Shown: positions 36,062-47,400 of the stretch, one piece after another | Position numbering within the stretch: position 1 is the stretch's first letter | How the letters are laid out: every line of letters starts with the position of its first letter | Source: a virus | Lineage: Duplodnaviria; Caudoviricetes | IMG/VR virus record: IMGVR_UViG_3300021958_000023 | Location: 109,520-173,519 of that record | Reading direction: 5' to 3' (one strand) | Length of the DNA stretch: 64,000 nt | Notes under the pieces: model-generated | What the model saw: only the letters and a program-made list of their open reading frames with translations | Told to the model about the DNA's origin: nothing | The model's database searches: none | Position numbers and translations under genes: made by a program

Positions 36062-36952
36062 TTAACTTACAGATGGTAGATGTCGTATCTCTACTTTTGT
36101 GTTTGCTACAATAGGAGAGGTATTATTAAGTGTTAAAGTAGTTCCGCTAGTTACATAGTTATTTGCAGGTGTTTGCAATATACCACCAACTGTTACCATG
36201 ATGGCAGAAGCTGAGGAGGGGGTCTCAGTCATAGTAAAGGTATTAGCTGTTCCATCTGCTGTATAAGAGTCGTTAGTTAAATTAGAAGTTGATGTTGATG
36301 TTATTAAATACCTTGCTTCAATTTCTGTATTAGCTACAATTGGAGCAGTATTACCGATTGTTAGGGTTGTTGCTGATGTAAAATAATCATCATTTGGACT
36401 TTGTAATAACCCATCAATTGCTACAAACATATTAGTTGCATTAGCTACACTACGAGACATGGTAAAAGTATTAGAACTACCATCGGCAGTAAACAGTTGT
36501 GACGCAAATTGATATGCTAAAGATACAGAAGTTGCAGAGACTGTAACAATTTGTGAGTTACCACTTGTCGGAGTAGCGTTTAAACCACCGCTAAAAATCA
36601 GAGAAGCTACAGCTGAATTAATTACTCCTGAAGCATTTTCTACTTTTACAGATCCTCCAGCACTGGCAATAGCTGAATTAGCATAAGAAGCAAACGAGTC
36701 TAGATTACCAGAAACATAGTTTACTCCGGTAGTTAAATTAGATTGTACAGTATTTAAATTAGTATCAAGAGCAAACGAAGAGTTAGCATATGAAGCAAAA
36801 GAGTCTAAGTTAGATTGAATTAGTCCAGAATTACCTCCTCCAGACACATACTCAACAGAATCATTTGCACTCACATAAGACAACACTGCTCCGTCAAAAG
36901 CATTTGCATTAGATAACAGTTTTAAATTAACTCTTTTTAATGATGTTGTCAT
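36062..36952 (-). CDS. Fibre/adaptor virion protein
   Basis: NLDSFASYANS repeats and two C-terminal VxxDGLLQxP..DY modules. Confidence 0.7.
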   Translation of the reverse strand: MTTSLKRVNLKLLSNANAFDGAVLSYVSANDSVEYVSGGGNSGLIQSNLDSFASYANSSFALDTNLNTVQSNLTTGVNYVSGNLDSFASYANSAIASAGGSVKVENASGVINSAVASLIFSGGLNATPTSGNSQIVTVSATSVSLAYQFASQLFTADGSSNTFTMSRSVANATNMFVAIDGLLQSPNDDYFTSATTLTIGNTAPIVANTEIEARYLITSTSTSNLTNDSYTADGTANTFTMTETPSSASAIMVTVGGILQTPANNYVTSGTTLTLNNTSPIVANTKVEIRHLPSVS

Positions 36953-36955
36953 TTA

Positions 36956-38491
36956 TTATACCTCAGATAGTAACCAGCCTTGTGCTGTATTATAATACAC
37001 TAACATAAAAGCAGCTCTATTTTGATTTACTGTAATATCGTCAGCCTGTCCCATTATATTAGAAGAATTTCTAGCGATAGTTATATTATTTGTTTCTGAT
37101 GATCCTGTTGCGTCAATAACTCTTACAGAATTACCCATACTAGGAGAGCTTGGAAGAGTCATTGTGATTGTTTGAGAAGAACAATCAACAAAGTATGCTT
37201 TACCAGCCGACATTGTAGTATTAGAAGCAGCCTCTACCCAATAATATCCTGCAGAAGGGGATATGATATTAGAAGCATGAATATTATTCCAATTGTAAGT
37301 CTCCGATCCTAAATCATAAGTAGAACCAAGTGTTGGTAATAGGTTTGCAGTTTTAACAGTTATAGAATGTACATTACTGGTAAGTATTTGAGAATTAGAA
37401 GCATAAGCTTGAATACTCACTACTCCTGTTTCAGAAAGTTGTCTAATATCTACTTCAGTGCCTGTAGGAGGAGCAGAAGCAAAAGTTAAAGTTGTTGTAT
37501 TTACAGTATAGTCTGAAACTGGTCTTTGTAATAAACCATCTACAGTAACTAGAATATTATGAGCATTAGAAGCTGTTGAAGGTAAGGTATAGTTTACAGT
37601 TGCTCCATCACCAGTACTAGTTGAAGTAGCTGTTACAGTATTACCCCCTCCAGAGCCTGAAAAAGTAGTATTTGCATAAGTTGCAAAAGCTGATAAGTTA
37701 CCTTGAACTAAGTCGGCATCTCCACTACCGCCACCGCCACCGCCAGAAAAAGTAGCATTAGCATAGGTTGCATAAGCATCTAGATTACCTGCAATTACAT
37801 TAATGTTTGTGTTTGCACCAGATAATCCAAAAGATACGCCATCTACATTAGCAGATACTGTATTTAAATTGGTATCTGTAGCAAATGTTGAGTTTGCATA
37901 AGATCCTAAAGTATCTACTTCAGTGCCTAAACTAGTAACAGTAGATTCTAGAGTAGATAAATTAGACTGTACAGTATTAATATTTGTATTAGCAGATGTT
38001 ATAGCGTGTTCTACATTACCAAAACGTTCTGATGTGTTACCTGATGCTATATCAAGAGTTAAAGTATGACTGCTATGAGGAGAAGTCATATGGAAACCAG
38101 AGCCATCTGCTGTTTCAAAAATATGAACGTTACCAAGATGTAGAGATGCACCGCTTAACCATAAATCAGACCAAAGATGATCTGGAGAACCTAGAGCATA
38201 CTCAATGTTACCAGAAGGAACTAGATTAGCATTTACTACAGTAATAGCTGTAGTATTAGAGGTTATTAAAGAGGATAAGTTAGACTGTACTGTATTTAAA
38301 TTTGTGTTTGTAGCAAATGTTGAGTTTGAGTAGCTAGCAAACGAGTCTAGATTAGCATTAACTAGATTAGCGTCAGAAGAATTAGTTGCTACAAATTCAA
38401 CAGAGCTATTCGCACTTACATAAGTAAGCACGTCACCTTCTGAAGCACCTATTGTGCTAAGTAAACTTGCATCAATTCTTGTTATAGACAC
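36956..38491 (-). CDS. Fibre virion protein
   Basis: YANSTF repeats, DGLLQRP module, C-terminal YFVD...LPSSP...GWLLSEV domain; GTG start after AGGAG. Confidence 0.75.
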   Translation of the reverse strand: MSITRIDASLLSTIGASEGDVLTYVSANSSVEFVATNSSDANLVNANLDSFASYSNSTFATNTNLNTVQSNLSSLITSNTTAITVVNANLVPSGNIEYALGSPDHLWSDLWLSGASLHLGNVHIFETADGSGFHMTSPHSSHTLTLDIASGNTSERFGNVEHAITSANTNINTVQSNLSTLESTVTSLGTEVDTLGSYANSTFATDTNLNTVSANVDGVSFGLSGANTNINVIAGNLDAYATYANATFSGGGGGGSGDADLVQGNLSAFATYANTTFSGSGGGNTVTATSTSTGDGATVNYTLPSTASNAHNILVTVDGLLQRPVSDYTVNTTTLTFASAPPTGTEVDIRQLSETGVVSIQAYASNSQILTSNVHSITVKTANLLPTLGSTYDLGSETYNWNNIHASNIISPSAGYYWVEAASNTTMSAGKAYFVDCSSQTITMTLPSSPSMGNSVRVIDATGSSETNNITIARNSSNIMGQADDITVNQNRAAFMLVYYNTAQGWLLSEV

Positions 38492-38521
38492 TTATTAATT
38501 TCTCCTATGCCATTATTTTTT

Positions 38522-38550
38522 ATTATACTGTAATTAATTTTAGTTGGCAA
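38522..38550 (-). promoter_or_regulatory. sigma70-type promoter
   Basis: TTGCCA-N17-TATAAT. Confidence 0.7.
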
Positions 38551-38575
38551 ATATTATAAATTTAACCCTTAATTA

Positions 38576-38875
38576 TTATCCAATCCATACTTGTGTTGGA
38601 GCACTGCTACTTTCTGATACAGTTACATTTGACCAAGGCTTAGATTGTAATATACTATTTCCTATTATTACATTTGACACTACGTTAATAGTATAAGATT
38701 CAATATTATAACTTGCCTGAGCAGGAAGAGTAGCAACATTTATACTGAGTCTTGTAAGAGTATTACTATAGTTTATAGTAGTTGGAATAGATATTGCATT
38801 GGCCACAACATTAGTTAATACATTAGCTGTAGCATTAGAGTATGCTAAACGATCTGTAGAAGCATTCCAAGTCAT
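38576..38875 (-). CDS. Hypothetical (probably virion) protein
   Basis: 99-aa N/S/T-rich ORF. Confidence 0.6.
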   Translation of the reverse strand: MTWNASTDRLAYSNATANVLTNVVANAISIPTTINYSNTLTRLSINVATLPAQASYNIESYTINVVSNVIIGNSILQSKPWSNVTVSESSSAPTQVWIG

Positions 38876-38876
38876 A

Positions 38877-40007
38877 CTATTCTATCCTTACAGCATAAGT
38901 TACACAATCTTGTGACTGTTTTATCAGCATATAATTATCTCCATTTTCATCTTGAACTATCTTTCCGTCATTATGTTTTTGATTTTGATAAGCAGTAGCT
39001 TCCGTGGTATTAATTAATGCACTGTCTGTATAATAGTAGAGACCTTCCATAGTTTGATAAGGAATTCCTCTGAAAGGATTAAATAGTATAACTGGTGTTA
39101 GTGAACCAATCTTATTACCCGAAGAATCTCTTGTAGGTATCATTTGTGTATATGTGTTAACACTATTAAAGTAATGATGAGGCCCTATTCTCCAAGGAAT
39201 TATATTACTATTGTTAGAGGGATTTGTCCCATTAACAGTATAATATGTACCTGTACTTTGAAGATAGTAATTATTATATTGTCTACCTGCGTCTGGAGTT
39301 AGATGATATGCTATAAAATCCCAGTGATATGGAGTTGTTCCTGTTCCTACTGCAGATGATGTAGCGCCTGTTGCACTTTTATAGAAACCAATAGAGTTAA
39401 ATTGGTCATTTGCAGCAGCTAAAAAATGATCAGGAGTTCCAGCTAAGTCTGCTACTCCACAAATACGTTCAAATCCAACACCTTTTGTATGATTAGACCA
39501 AAAAAACACATATTTACTAGTTACAGACACATGCCACCAATCAGCCTCATCTGGTTCACTATTATTAAACCAAGCTCCGTAATTAGAACTGCTTGATGTG
39601 CTTTTTGTGTAAGTTAGATAATTTTCAGCCATTACTTCTGTGGCGCTATCTGCATCATATAAAGACATAAAAGGAGCCCAGTTATTATAATTAGTTTGTG
39701 TGTTCTTTCTCTTAATATGAAATCGTTTTTTAAACGATCTACCTGTTTTAGGACTATCAGCTTGCCAACTTCCGCCAAAATCGTAAGTGCTGGTAGAAGC
39801 ATAAAAAGCAGTATTAGACCACCCTCCTGCTTCTGTATTAGAAACTACTTCAAGTGCTACTATTTCTCCTTGTCCTGAGCTTGAGTTTAAAGCAGTCACA
39901 TTAGCTGTTGCTCCTGCCTCAGCTCTCATTGCCCAATCTACTGCAGTAATAAGCCCTGCTCCTCCATCACAATTACCATTGTCTTGAACTTTAACTTTTA
40001 TATACAT
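38877..40007 (-). CDS. Putative virion/receptor-binding protein
   Basis: 376 aa, beta-rich and aromatic-rich; within the fibre cluster. Confidence 0.55.
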   Translation of the reverse strand: MYIKVKVQDNGNCDGGAGLITAVDWAMRAEAGATANVTALNSSSGQGEIVALEVVSNTEAGGWSNTAFYASTSTYDFGGSWQADSPKTGRSFKKRFHIKRKNTQTNYNNWAPFMSLYDADSATEVMAENYLTYTKSTSSSSNYGAWFNNSEPDEADWWHVSVTSKYVFFWSNHTKGVGFERICGVADLAGTPDHFLAAANDQFNSIGFYKSATGATSSAVGTGTTPYHWDFIAYHLTPDAGRQYNNYYLQSTGTYYTVNGTNPSNNSNIIPWRIGPHHYFNSVNTYTQMIPTRDSSGNKIGSLTPVILFNPFRGIPYQTMEGLYYYTDSALINTTEATAYQNQKHNDGKIVQDENGDNYMLIKQSQDCVTYAVRIE

Positions 40008-40008
40008 A

Positions 40009-41070
40009 TTACGCTCCTGTTGGTATTAAATAGCAAGAATTTTCTGTGGCCTCGCTATTATTATAAGTAGCACCGCCTGTTTTATGAAACATCCACACAG
40101 CATACTCCACACCATTATAATTAATTAAGGTTCCTGGTTGTGCTATATCATCCGTAGTTCTATAAAGATCTTTTAATCTTGCAAAAAGAGGAAATGAATT
40201 TGTAGCGCCTTGATAAGGCATTAACATAACTGGAATTCTTTGATGTGCTTTTCCAGAGGATAAAGGTAATGAAGTAATGTTGTGTATTGCCCTTGGGTAT
40301 ATTGCTATATAGTTTACTCCATAATGTGTTTGTACTGTGTCGTGATACGTCTGACTAATGCTACTAGCTGATTGAATAGCATCTGCAGATGTAAGATATG
40401 TTGAGTTACTTACTACAAAGTAACTATCTGTATTAGATTGAGTAGCATTATTAAACTGACCAACATTGACATCGCCCATAAATATAGTAGGACAGGTATT
40501 AGTGTCAGATGAGTATGCCCAATCATCATAATCAGATTTAGGATAATCAAACATACCCAATGAACAAGCATTTTCTGCACTATTGCCATCAATTATTTGA
40601 ATGAGAAATATTGATTCACTAATCCACATAAAACAAGTTGGAGTTTGGTTATAGTCTACATCCATTGTTTGTGTGGCGGAGGTGGTAACAGAATAGCCTG
40701 ATGTCGAATTAGTAGGAACTAGATTAGTACCTCCTGCACTTGCCATTCTTGCTCGCCAATCATAAGTACCTGAAACTGTATCATATAGATAAAAAGTTCT
40801 ATAAGCTGTCATCTCTGAGTGTTTTTTAAGAAACTGTAAAGTATTATCAGAATTGGAGGATGTATTGGTATTTTTGCTCACACTAGAATAATAACCTGTA
40901 GGCACTGTTCCTCTAAATACAGAACCATTAACATCTGCATAGGTTGAATTAAAACCAGATGTAGCGGTTATAGTGCCTTCTAAAATGTCTTTTATATCTT
41001 CAAAAAATGCATTGATTGTTGTTGCACTTTTTGATAGTCCTGATTTAAACTGATATTTAATAAATGCCAT
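40009..41070 (-). CDS. Putative virion/receptor-binding protein
   Basis: 353 aa; size and composition similar to its neighbour. Confidence 0.55.
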   Translation of the reverse strand: MAFIKYQFKSGLSKSATTINAFFEDIKDILEGTITATSGFNSTYADVNGSVFRGTVPTGYYSSVSKNTNTSSNSDNTLQFLKKHSEMTAYRTFYLYDTVSGTYDWRARMASAGGTNLVPTNSTSGYSVTTSATQTMDVDYNQTPTCFMWISESIFLIQIIDGNSAENACSLGMFDYPKSDYDDWAYSSDTNTCPTIFMGDVNVGQFNNATQSNTDSYFVVSNSTYLTSADAIQSASSISQTYHDTVQTHYGVNYIAIYPRAIHNITSLPLSSGKAHQRIPVMLMPYQGATNSFPLFARLKDLYRTTDDIAQPGTLINYNGVEYAVWMFHKTGGATYNNSEATENSCYLIPTGA

Positions 41071-41071
41071 T

Positions 41072-41353
41072 TTAATCTCCTAACCCTGCTATGATCCTTG
41101 TGGCATCAGCAGGAACTGTAGGAGATTCGTCAGGGCTTGGTGTTATAACAATTAGATAATATTGTTGACCTCTGTCGCCTACAGTAGTTTCTAAATTAAC
41201 AATGCCAACATGGTCTGTAATTGGATTCTCAGCCATATAGTTATGCTTATCATTTCTAGAACCATCAGTTACATGGTAGATAAAATACCCTAAGTTTTCA
41301 TCATATTCTGTAACTGATGAAATAAAATCAATCTCTTCTTGTGTTAATGCCAT
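41072..41353 (-). CDS. Hypothetical protein
   Basis: 93-aa ORF with AAGGAG RBS. Confidence 0.7.
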   Translation of the reverse strand: MALTQEEIDFISSVTEYDENLGYFIYHVTDGSRNDKHNYMAENPITDHVGIVNLETTVGDRGQQYYLIVITPSPDESPTVPADATRIIAGLGD

Positions 41354-41367
41354 TTTTCTCTCCTTAA

Positions 41368-42879
41368 TTATTCTGAATATTTAATAGTAACATTTAAATC
41401 TGCTCCAGCAGTAGTACTGCCAATTCCTGTAACGTCAACTGTAAAATAGTCTCCTTCTGAGACTGTAATACTGGTCGCATTAGAAGCAACACTAGTATTG
41501 TCAGAAACTCTGATTATGCTATTTGAAACTCCATTTCTTTTTACATCTACAACTACGTCTGAACCTACAGGAGCTGTTGCAACTCGAGCAACTACGTTTG
41601 ATACTGTAAGATTAAAAGGAGCAAACCACTTAACTGTTCCAGTAGTTATTGCTAGTGTACCAGCTTGTGAAAGTTGAACAGAAGCGTTTGAACTAGGCGG
41701 AATAGCACCGGCTTTTAACCACTGATTTGTTTTCCAAATATACAGACTTTCTGTATCTTGAGCAAAAGCAATATCACCGTCTGTATTATCTAACTGTGGA
41801 AGATAAGACTCTGTAGAATAAATTTCAACTGAAGCAACTAACGACGTTCCATCTGGAGCAACTAAAGTAGCTGTACCTGCTACTTCTTTAATCTTATCTT
41901 CAAAGCTTGGAGTATTTTCTACATAAGTAGATAGGTCCTGCGCTCCCCATTTACCTGACACAGCATCATAGACTAAACACATCTGGCTTGCTAGTTCAGG
42001 AAGCGGTCTAATTTCAATTTTTTGTGAATGACGTTCTTGTGAATGTTGACCATAGATTACATAGTTATTTTGCGCATTTAGTTCTACTTCTAGATCTTGT
42101 ATTCTTATTGCACCTCTCATAGACCCATGATTACCACACTGGTAGTATAAAGTATCTGGAGCATCAGCTCCTACATTAAATATAACTGTGCCTGATTGTG
42201 TTCTTGAATTAGTTACATTAGAAGTAAATTCTCCTACATATTGTCCTGATACAAAGCCTGTTCCGTTATCCTCTGTGATATAAAAAGGATGACCAGTAGC
42301 ATTTACTTTAAATATATACGTACCGCCTCTGTATAAAGGACCTAATGTTTGATTTTCTCCTTGTGCATTTGCAGAAAAACTGTATGCACCGGCTGCATTA
42401 TTAGTTACTACATAGGTTATTTCTGGAGCTGTTAAAGTAGGCGGTGTAATGACCGAAGGAACTGTAAAAGCTATTCTTGCAACATTTGTTGTATTACCAC
42501 TGTTTATAGCTGGATTACTAGCCGACGCATAACTGTAAGTTGGCCAACTAACTAAGTTATCATCTCCTGCTCCTTCAATCCACTTAAGTTTAAAAGCATG
42601 AGTCTGTGTCATCTCGTCGTGAATTTCGTTTGCATAATTATCAATTTGATAGATGCCTTGTTTATAAATAGGAACAGTTGTAAATACCTCGTTTTGTACA
42701 GTTCTTCTTGCAAAAGGTAGTGCAGAACGTTCCCAAGTCCACTTCCATGTTCCATGACCGCCAGCAGTATTTGAGTCTACATTTAATACTAGTTGTTCTG
42801 GTTCAACACTAGTTGAAAACTGTAAAAAGTCTGGTGAACTTTGAACTCCGTCATAAGCAATTTCATTATATCTTGGCAT
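41368..42879 (-). CDS. Virion protein with cupredoxin-like domain
   Basis: GHPFYI...APDTLYYQCGNHGSMRG (His...Cys-x2-His-x2-Met); C-terminal fibre-tip-like beta domain. Confidence 0.65.
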   Translation of the reverse strand: MPRYNEIAYDGVQSSPDFLQFSTSVEPEQLVLNVDSNTAGGHGTWKWTWERSALPFARRTVQNEVFTTVPIYKQGIYQIDNYANEIHDEMTQTHAFKLKWIEGAGDDNLVSWPTYSYASASNPAINSGNTTNVARIAFTVPSVITPPTLTAPEITYVVTNNAAGAYSFSANAQGENQTLGPLYRGGTYIFKVNATGHPFYITEDNGTGFVSGQYVGEFTSNVTNSRTQSGTVIFNVGADAPDTLYYQCGNHGSMRGAIRIQDLEVELNAQNNYVIYGQHSQERHSQKIEIRPLPELASQMCLVYDAVSGKWGAQDLSTYVENTPSFEDKIKEVAGTATLVAPDGTSLVASVEIYSTESYLPQLDNTDGDIAFAQDTESLYIWKTNQWLKAGAIPPSSNASVQLSQAGTLAITTGTVKWFAPFNLTVSNVVARVATAPVGSDVVVDVKRNGVSNSIIRVSDNTSVASNATSITVSEGDYFTVDVTGIGSTTAGADLNVTIKYSE

Positions 42880-42882
42880 CTT

Positions 42883-44442
42883 TTAAACCTCTCCTAGTAG
42901 CCAGCCATATGCAGCAGTTGAGTAAATTAGTGTAAAACCAGCTGCATTTGAAGTGACTAATAAGTCTGTTGATTCTCTTTGAATTTTTTCTGAGTTTCCT
43001 CCAACAGTGATAGTGTTAGAAGCTGCTAATCCAGCTACGTCTACGATTTTAACAGTGCTTCCCAAAACAGGAGAATTTGGTAGATATACTGTTTTTGGTC
43101 CGTCTGACACATCAATAAAATAACTAGCATTAGCTGTTAATGTTGTAGCATTTGTAGTTAAGTATGTCCAACCAATAGTGCCAGACATTGGTACTCTACC
43201 TCTGACAGCTAAGTTTCTTACTTCTACTTTTAAATCAGCTGGTATTGGGTTAGTATTATTTAATGTTAAAGTATTTCCAGAAACTGTATAGTCATCGTTT
43301 GGAGATTGTACTACACCAGAAATAGAAACCAGAATATTGTTAGCATCTGATACTGATGTTGCTAAAGCAAAGGTATTAGTTGCAGCAGCAGAAGTAAATT
43401 GCTCACTAGTATAGTGCAAATTAGTATTTACATAATTAGCAAACGAAGTAAGATTGCCCTCAACAAGATCAACTGTGGTTTTAGGGGCTAAAGTTGTATT
43501 AGCGTATGAAGCAAATGAATCTAAGTTAGCTTGTACTATATTAAGGTTAGTGTTAAGAGCAAAAGTTGAGTTAGCATAAGACGCAAAAGCACTAAGATTG
43601 CCCTCTACTACTCCCGCATCTCCACTTCCTCCTCCTCCCGTAAAGGTTGTGTTAGCATAAGTCGCATAAGCATCTAAATTGTTTTGAATAGTATTAAAAG
43701 TTGTATTAGCGTAAGTACCAAAAGTATTTAGATTTGTTTCTACTACTGTAACATTTGATTGTACTGTGTTAATATTAGTATTAGCACCAGTTAGTCCGTG
43801 AACAGCTGCATCAACATTAGATGAGACTGTATTAATTGAGGTGCTGTCACCAAAAGTAGAATTAGCATAAGACCCAAAAGTATCTAAGTTAGTTTCTACA
43901 GTTGCCACATTTGACTGAACAGTATTAAGATTAGTGTTTGTAGCGAATGTTGAGTTAGAGTAAGATCCTAGTGTATCTAAGTTAGTAGCATTAATAGCCG
44001 CATTTGAAGAGACTGTTCCTATCGAAGTAGTAAGTGTGGTAGATAAATTAGCATCATTACCTAAAGCCGCTGCTAATTCGTTAAGAGTGTCTAAAGCTGC
44101 TGGAGCTGAGTCAACTAGTCCAGCAATCTCAGTATCTACATAAGATGTTGTTGCTAAAGTAGAGTTTGCGTATGAAGCAAAAGCATCTATATTTCCTTGT
44201 ACAGTATTTAAATTGGTATCTGTAGAAAATGTTGAGTTAGCGTATGATGCAAATGAATCGGCATTTGCTTGAACTGTATTAATATTAGTGTTAGCACCGC
44301 TAATGCCAGAGACTATTCCAGAAGTATCAGTAGAAACAGCACCAAATTCAATTTGACTGTTAGACGAACGAAATACTAGAGCATCTCCATCAGAAGCTCC
44401 TGTAGTATTAATGAGTTTGGGATTTAGTTTATCTAAAGCCAT
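42883..44442 (-). CDS. Tail fibre-like protein
   Basis: APAALDTLNELAAALGND motif, YANSTF repeats, SGVVQSP module, C-terminal GWLLGEV domain. Confidence 0.75.
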   Translation of the reverse strand: MALDKLNPKLINTTGASDGDALVFRSSNSQIEFGAVSTDTSGIVSGISGANTNINTVQANADSFASYANSTFSTDTNLNTVQGNIDAFASYANSTLATTSYVDTEIAGLVDSAPAALDTLNELAAALGNDANLSTTLTTSIGTVSSNAAINATNLDTLGSYSNSTFATNTNLNTVQSNVATVETNLDTFGSYANSTFGDSTSINTVSSNVDAAVHGLTGANTNINTVQSNVTVVETNLNTFGTYANTTFNTIQNNLDAYATYANTTFTGGGGSGDAGVVEGNLSAFASYANSTFALNTNLNIVQANLDSFASYANTTLAPKTTVDLVEGNLTSFANYVNTNLHYTSEQFTSAAATNTFALATSVSDANNILVSISGVVQSPNDDYTVSGNTLTLNNTNPIPADLKVEVRNLAVRGRVPMSGTIGWTYLTTNATTLTANASYFIDVSDGPKTVYLPNSPVLGSTVKIVDVAGLAASNTITVGGNSEKIQRESTDLLVTSNAAGFTLIYSTAAYGWLLGEV

Positions 44443-47400
44443 TAAATTGCTCCGCCATCAATTGTTCCTGGGAACACAAATTGTAAATATCTTACATCAA
44501 CATTAATACCTGAAGGTAAAGGTGCTGAATTAGAAAGAGTTAAAGTAGTACCACTTACGGTATAAGCGTCTGGTGATTGAACTAATCCATCAATAATCAC
44601 TAACATATTATTTACGTTAGAAACTGTTTGAGTTAGTGTAAAGGTGTTAGTAGACGCATCTATTGGAAAATTTGAATTAGCTACATTAGCAGCAGTAGTT
44701 GTTAAAAATGTTGAGTTAGCATATGTAGCATAAGCTACAGCATTACTTTCTACCTGATTTAAGTTGCCTGTGGCAAAAGTTGCGTTAGCATAACTAGCAA
44801 ATGCATCAACATTGCCAGTGCTAAAAGTTGTATTAGCATATGACGCAAACGAATCAACATTACTCTGTACTAAGTTAACAGAATTATTTGCACCTGTCAA
44901 TCCATAAATTACCGAATCTACGTTAGAAGATACTGTATTAACAGAGGTTGCCGTAGCAAAAGTTGTATTGGCGTAAGAACCAAGCGTATCGACTTCTGAT
45001 CCTAGTGCTGTAACTGTAGACTCTAGTGTAGTTAAATTACTTTGAACTGTGTTGAGGTTGGTATCAGTTGCAAAAGTAGAATTAACGTAAGAAGCAAATG
45101 AGGCTAGATTTGTTTCTACTAAATCAACGCTTGATTGAGTTATTCCAGCTGAAAAAGTAGAGTTAGCGTAGGTGGCAAAAGAAGTTAAGTTACTTTCTAC
45201 TAAATCAACGCTTGCTTGAGTTATTCCAGCTGAAAAAGTAGAGTTAGCATAGGTTCCAAATGTATCAAGATTTGTCTCAACTACTGTAACGTTAGACTGG
45301 ACAGTATTAATGTTAGTATTAGCACCTGTTAGTCCATGAATTGTAGCATCTACATTAGAAGATACTGTGTTAACAGATGTTTGAGTAGCAAGAGTTGTAT
45401 TAGCATATGATGCGAAAGAGTCTAAGTTACCAGTTAATACATCTATATCTGTAGCTGTTAAGAAAGTTGTATTAGAGTAAGATCCAAAAGTATTTAAATT
45501 AGTTTCAACTACTGTAACATTAGATTGAACGGTATTGATATTAGTATTGGCACCGGTTAATCCATGAGACACTGTATCAACATTAGCCGATACAGTATTA
45601 ACTGAAGTTTGAGTTGCAAAGGTAGTATTTACATAAGATCCAAGAGCATCAACATCACTACTAAGACTTGTTACTGTAGCATCTAAAGTGGATAAGTTTG
45701 ATTGTACTGTATTTAGATTAGTATCAGTGGCAAAAGTAGTGTTAGCGTATGAACCAAAAGTGCTTAGATTAGTTTCTACAACATCAGTATTAGAAGATAT
45801 TGTATTTATTTTGTTTGTTAATGTAACAGAAAGATTTGCGTCATTTCCTAAAGCAGCTGCCAATTCATTTAAAGTATCAAGAGTTGCTGGAGCCGATGCT
45901 ACAAGGTTAGCAACTTCAGCATCTACATATGTTGTAGTAGCAAAAGTAGTATTAGAATACGAACCAAATGAGTGTAAATTAGACTGAACTGTATTAACAG
46001 AGGTTGCTACAGCAAAAGTTGTATTAGCATAAGAACCTAATGCGTGTAGGTTTGATTGTACTACATCTGATCCACCACTAAAAGTTGAATTAGCGTAGGA
46101 AGCAAACGAATCTAGAGATACTATTGTGGCAAAGGTTGTATTAGAATAGGTTCCAATAGTATCAACTTCACTACCTAAAGCAGTTACGGTTGAGTCTAGG
46201 GTAGATAAGTTAGACTGTACTGTGTTTAAGTTAGTATCTAGTGCGAATGTTGCGTTAGCATAAGAACCTAGTGTGTCTACTTCACTACCTAGTGCAGTTA
46301 CAGTTGCGTCTGTAGTAGTTAAGTTAGACTGTACTGTATTAACCGAGGTCTTAGTAGCAAACGTTGTATTAGCATAAGATGCAAAAGCATCTGTATTGCC
46401 ATTCAACTCATCTAGATCAGATTGTGTAACTGCTGCTGCAAATGTTGCGTTTGCGTATGTTGCGAAAGAGTCTAAATTAGTTTCTACAATATCGGTATTA
46501 GAGGAGATTGAGTTAATCTTAGTTGTAAGAGTAACCGAAAGGTTAGCATCATTACCAAGAGCTGCTGCCAACTCGTTTAAGGTGTCAAGAGTACCTGGCG
46601 CACCATTAACAAGATTAGCTAGCTCAGTATCTACATACGTAGTAGAAGCAAATGTAGAATTCGCATAAGAACCAAAAGCAGTTAAGTTATCTTCTACACT
46701 ATCAACACGAGGATCGCTACCAGAAACTGTAGCAAAAGTAGAGTTAGCATATGATCCAAAATTATCTACTTCTGAATTAAGCGCAGTAAGAGTTGCTTCA
46801 GTTGTTGTCAAATTACTCTGTACTGAATTTACAGAAGTAATAGTAGCAAACGTTGTATTAGCATAGGATCCAAAATTATCTGCTACAGACTCTACTATAA
46901 CAAACCTATTATTAGAGTAAACTCCTATTTGATCTATTTCTGAGTTAAGAGCTGTTACGGTAGCGTCTGTTGTAGTTAGATTGCCCTGTACTGTATCAAC
47001 TGAAGTGATGGTAGCAAAAGTAGAGTTAGCATAAGTACCGAATTGATCTACCTCACTATCTAAAGTAGAAACTGTTGAAGTCAAGCTAGTTAGGTTAGAT
47101 TGTACTACGTTTAAATTAGTGTCTGTAGCAAAAGTGGTATTAGCATAAGTGCCTAGCTCATCTACTTCAGCGTTAAGAGCTGTTACTGTAGCGTCTGTTG
47201 TAGTAAGATTACTCTGTACTGTATTAATCGAAGTAATAGTAGCAAATGTTGCGTTAGAGTAAGTACCTAAATTGTCTACTTCTGAGCCAAGCGCAGTTAC
47301 AGTTGCGTCTGTAGTAGTTAAGTTAGATTGTACAGTGTTGACTGAAGTGATAGTAGCGAAGGTTGCGTTAGCATAAGTACCGAATTGATCTACCTCACTA

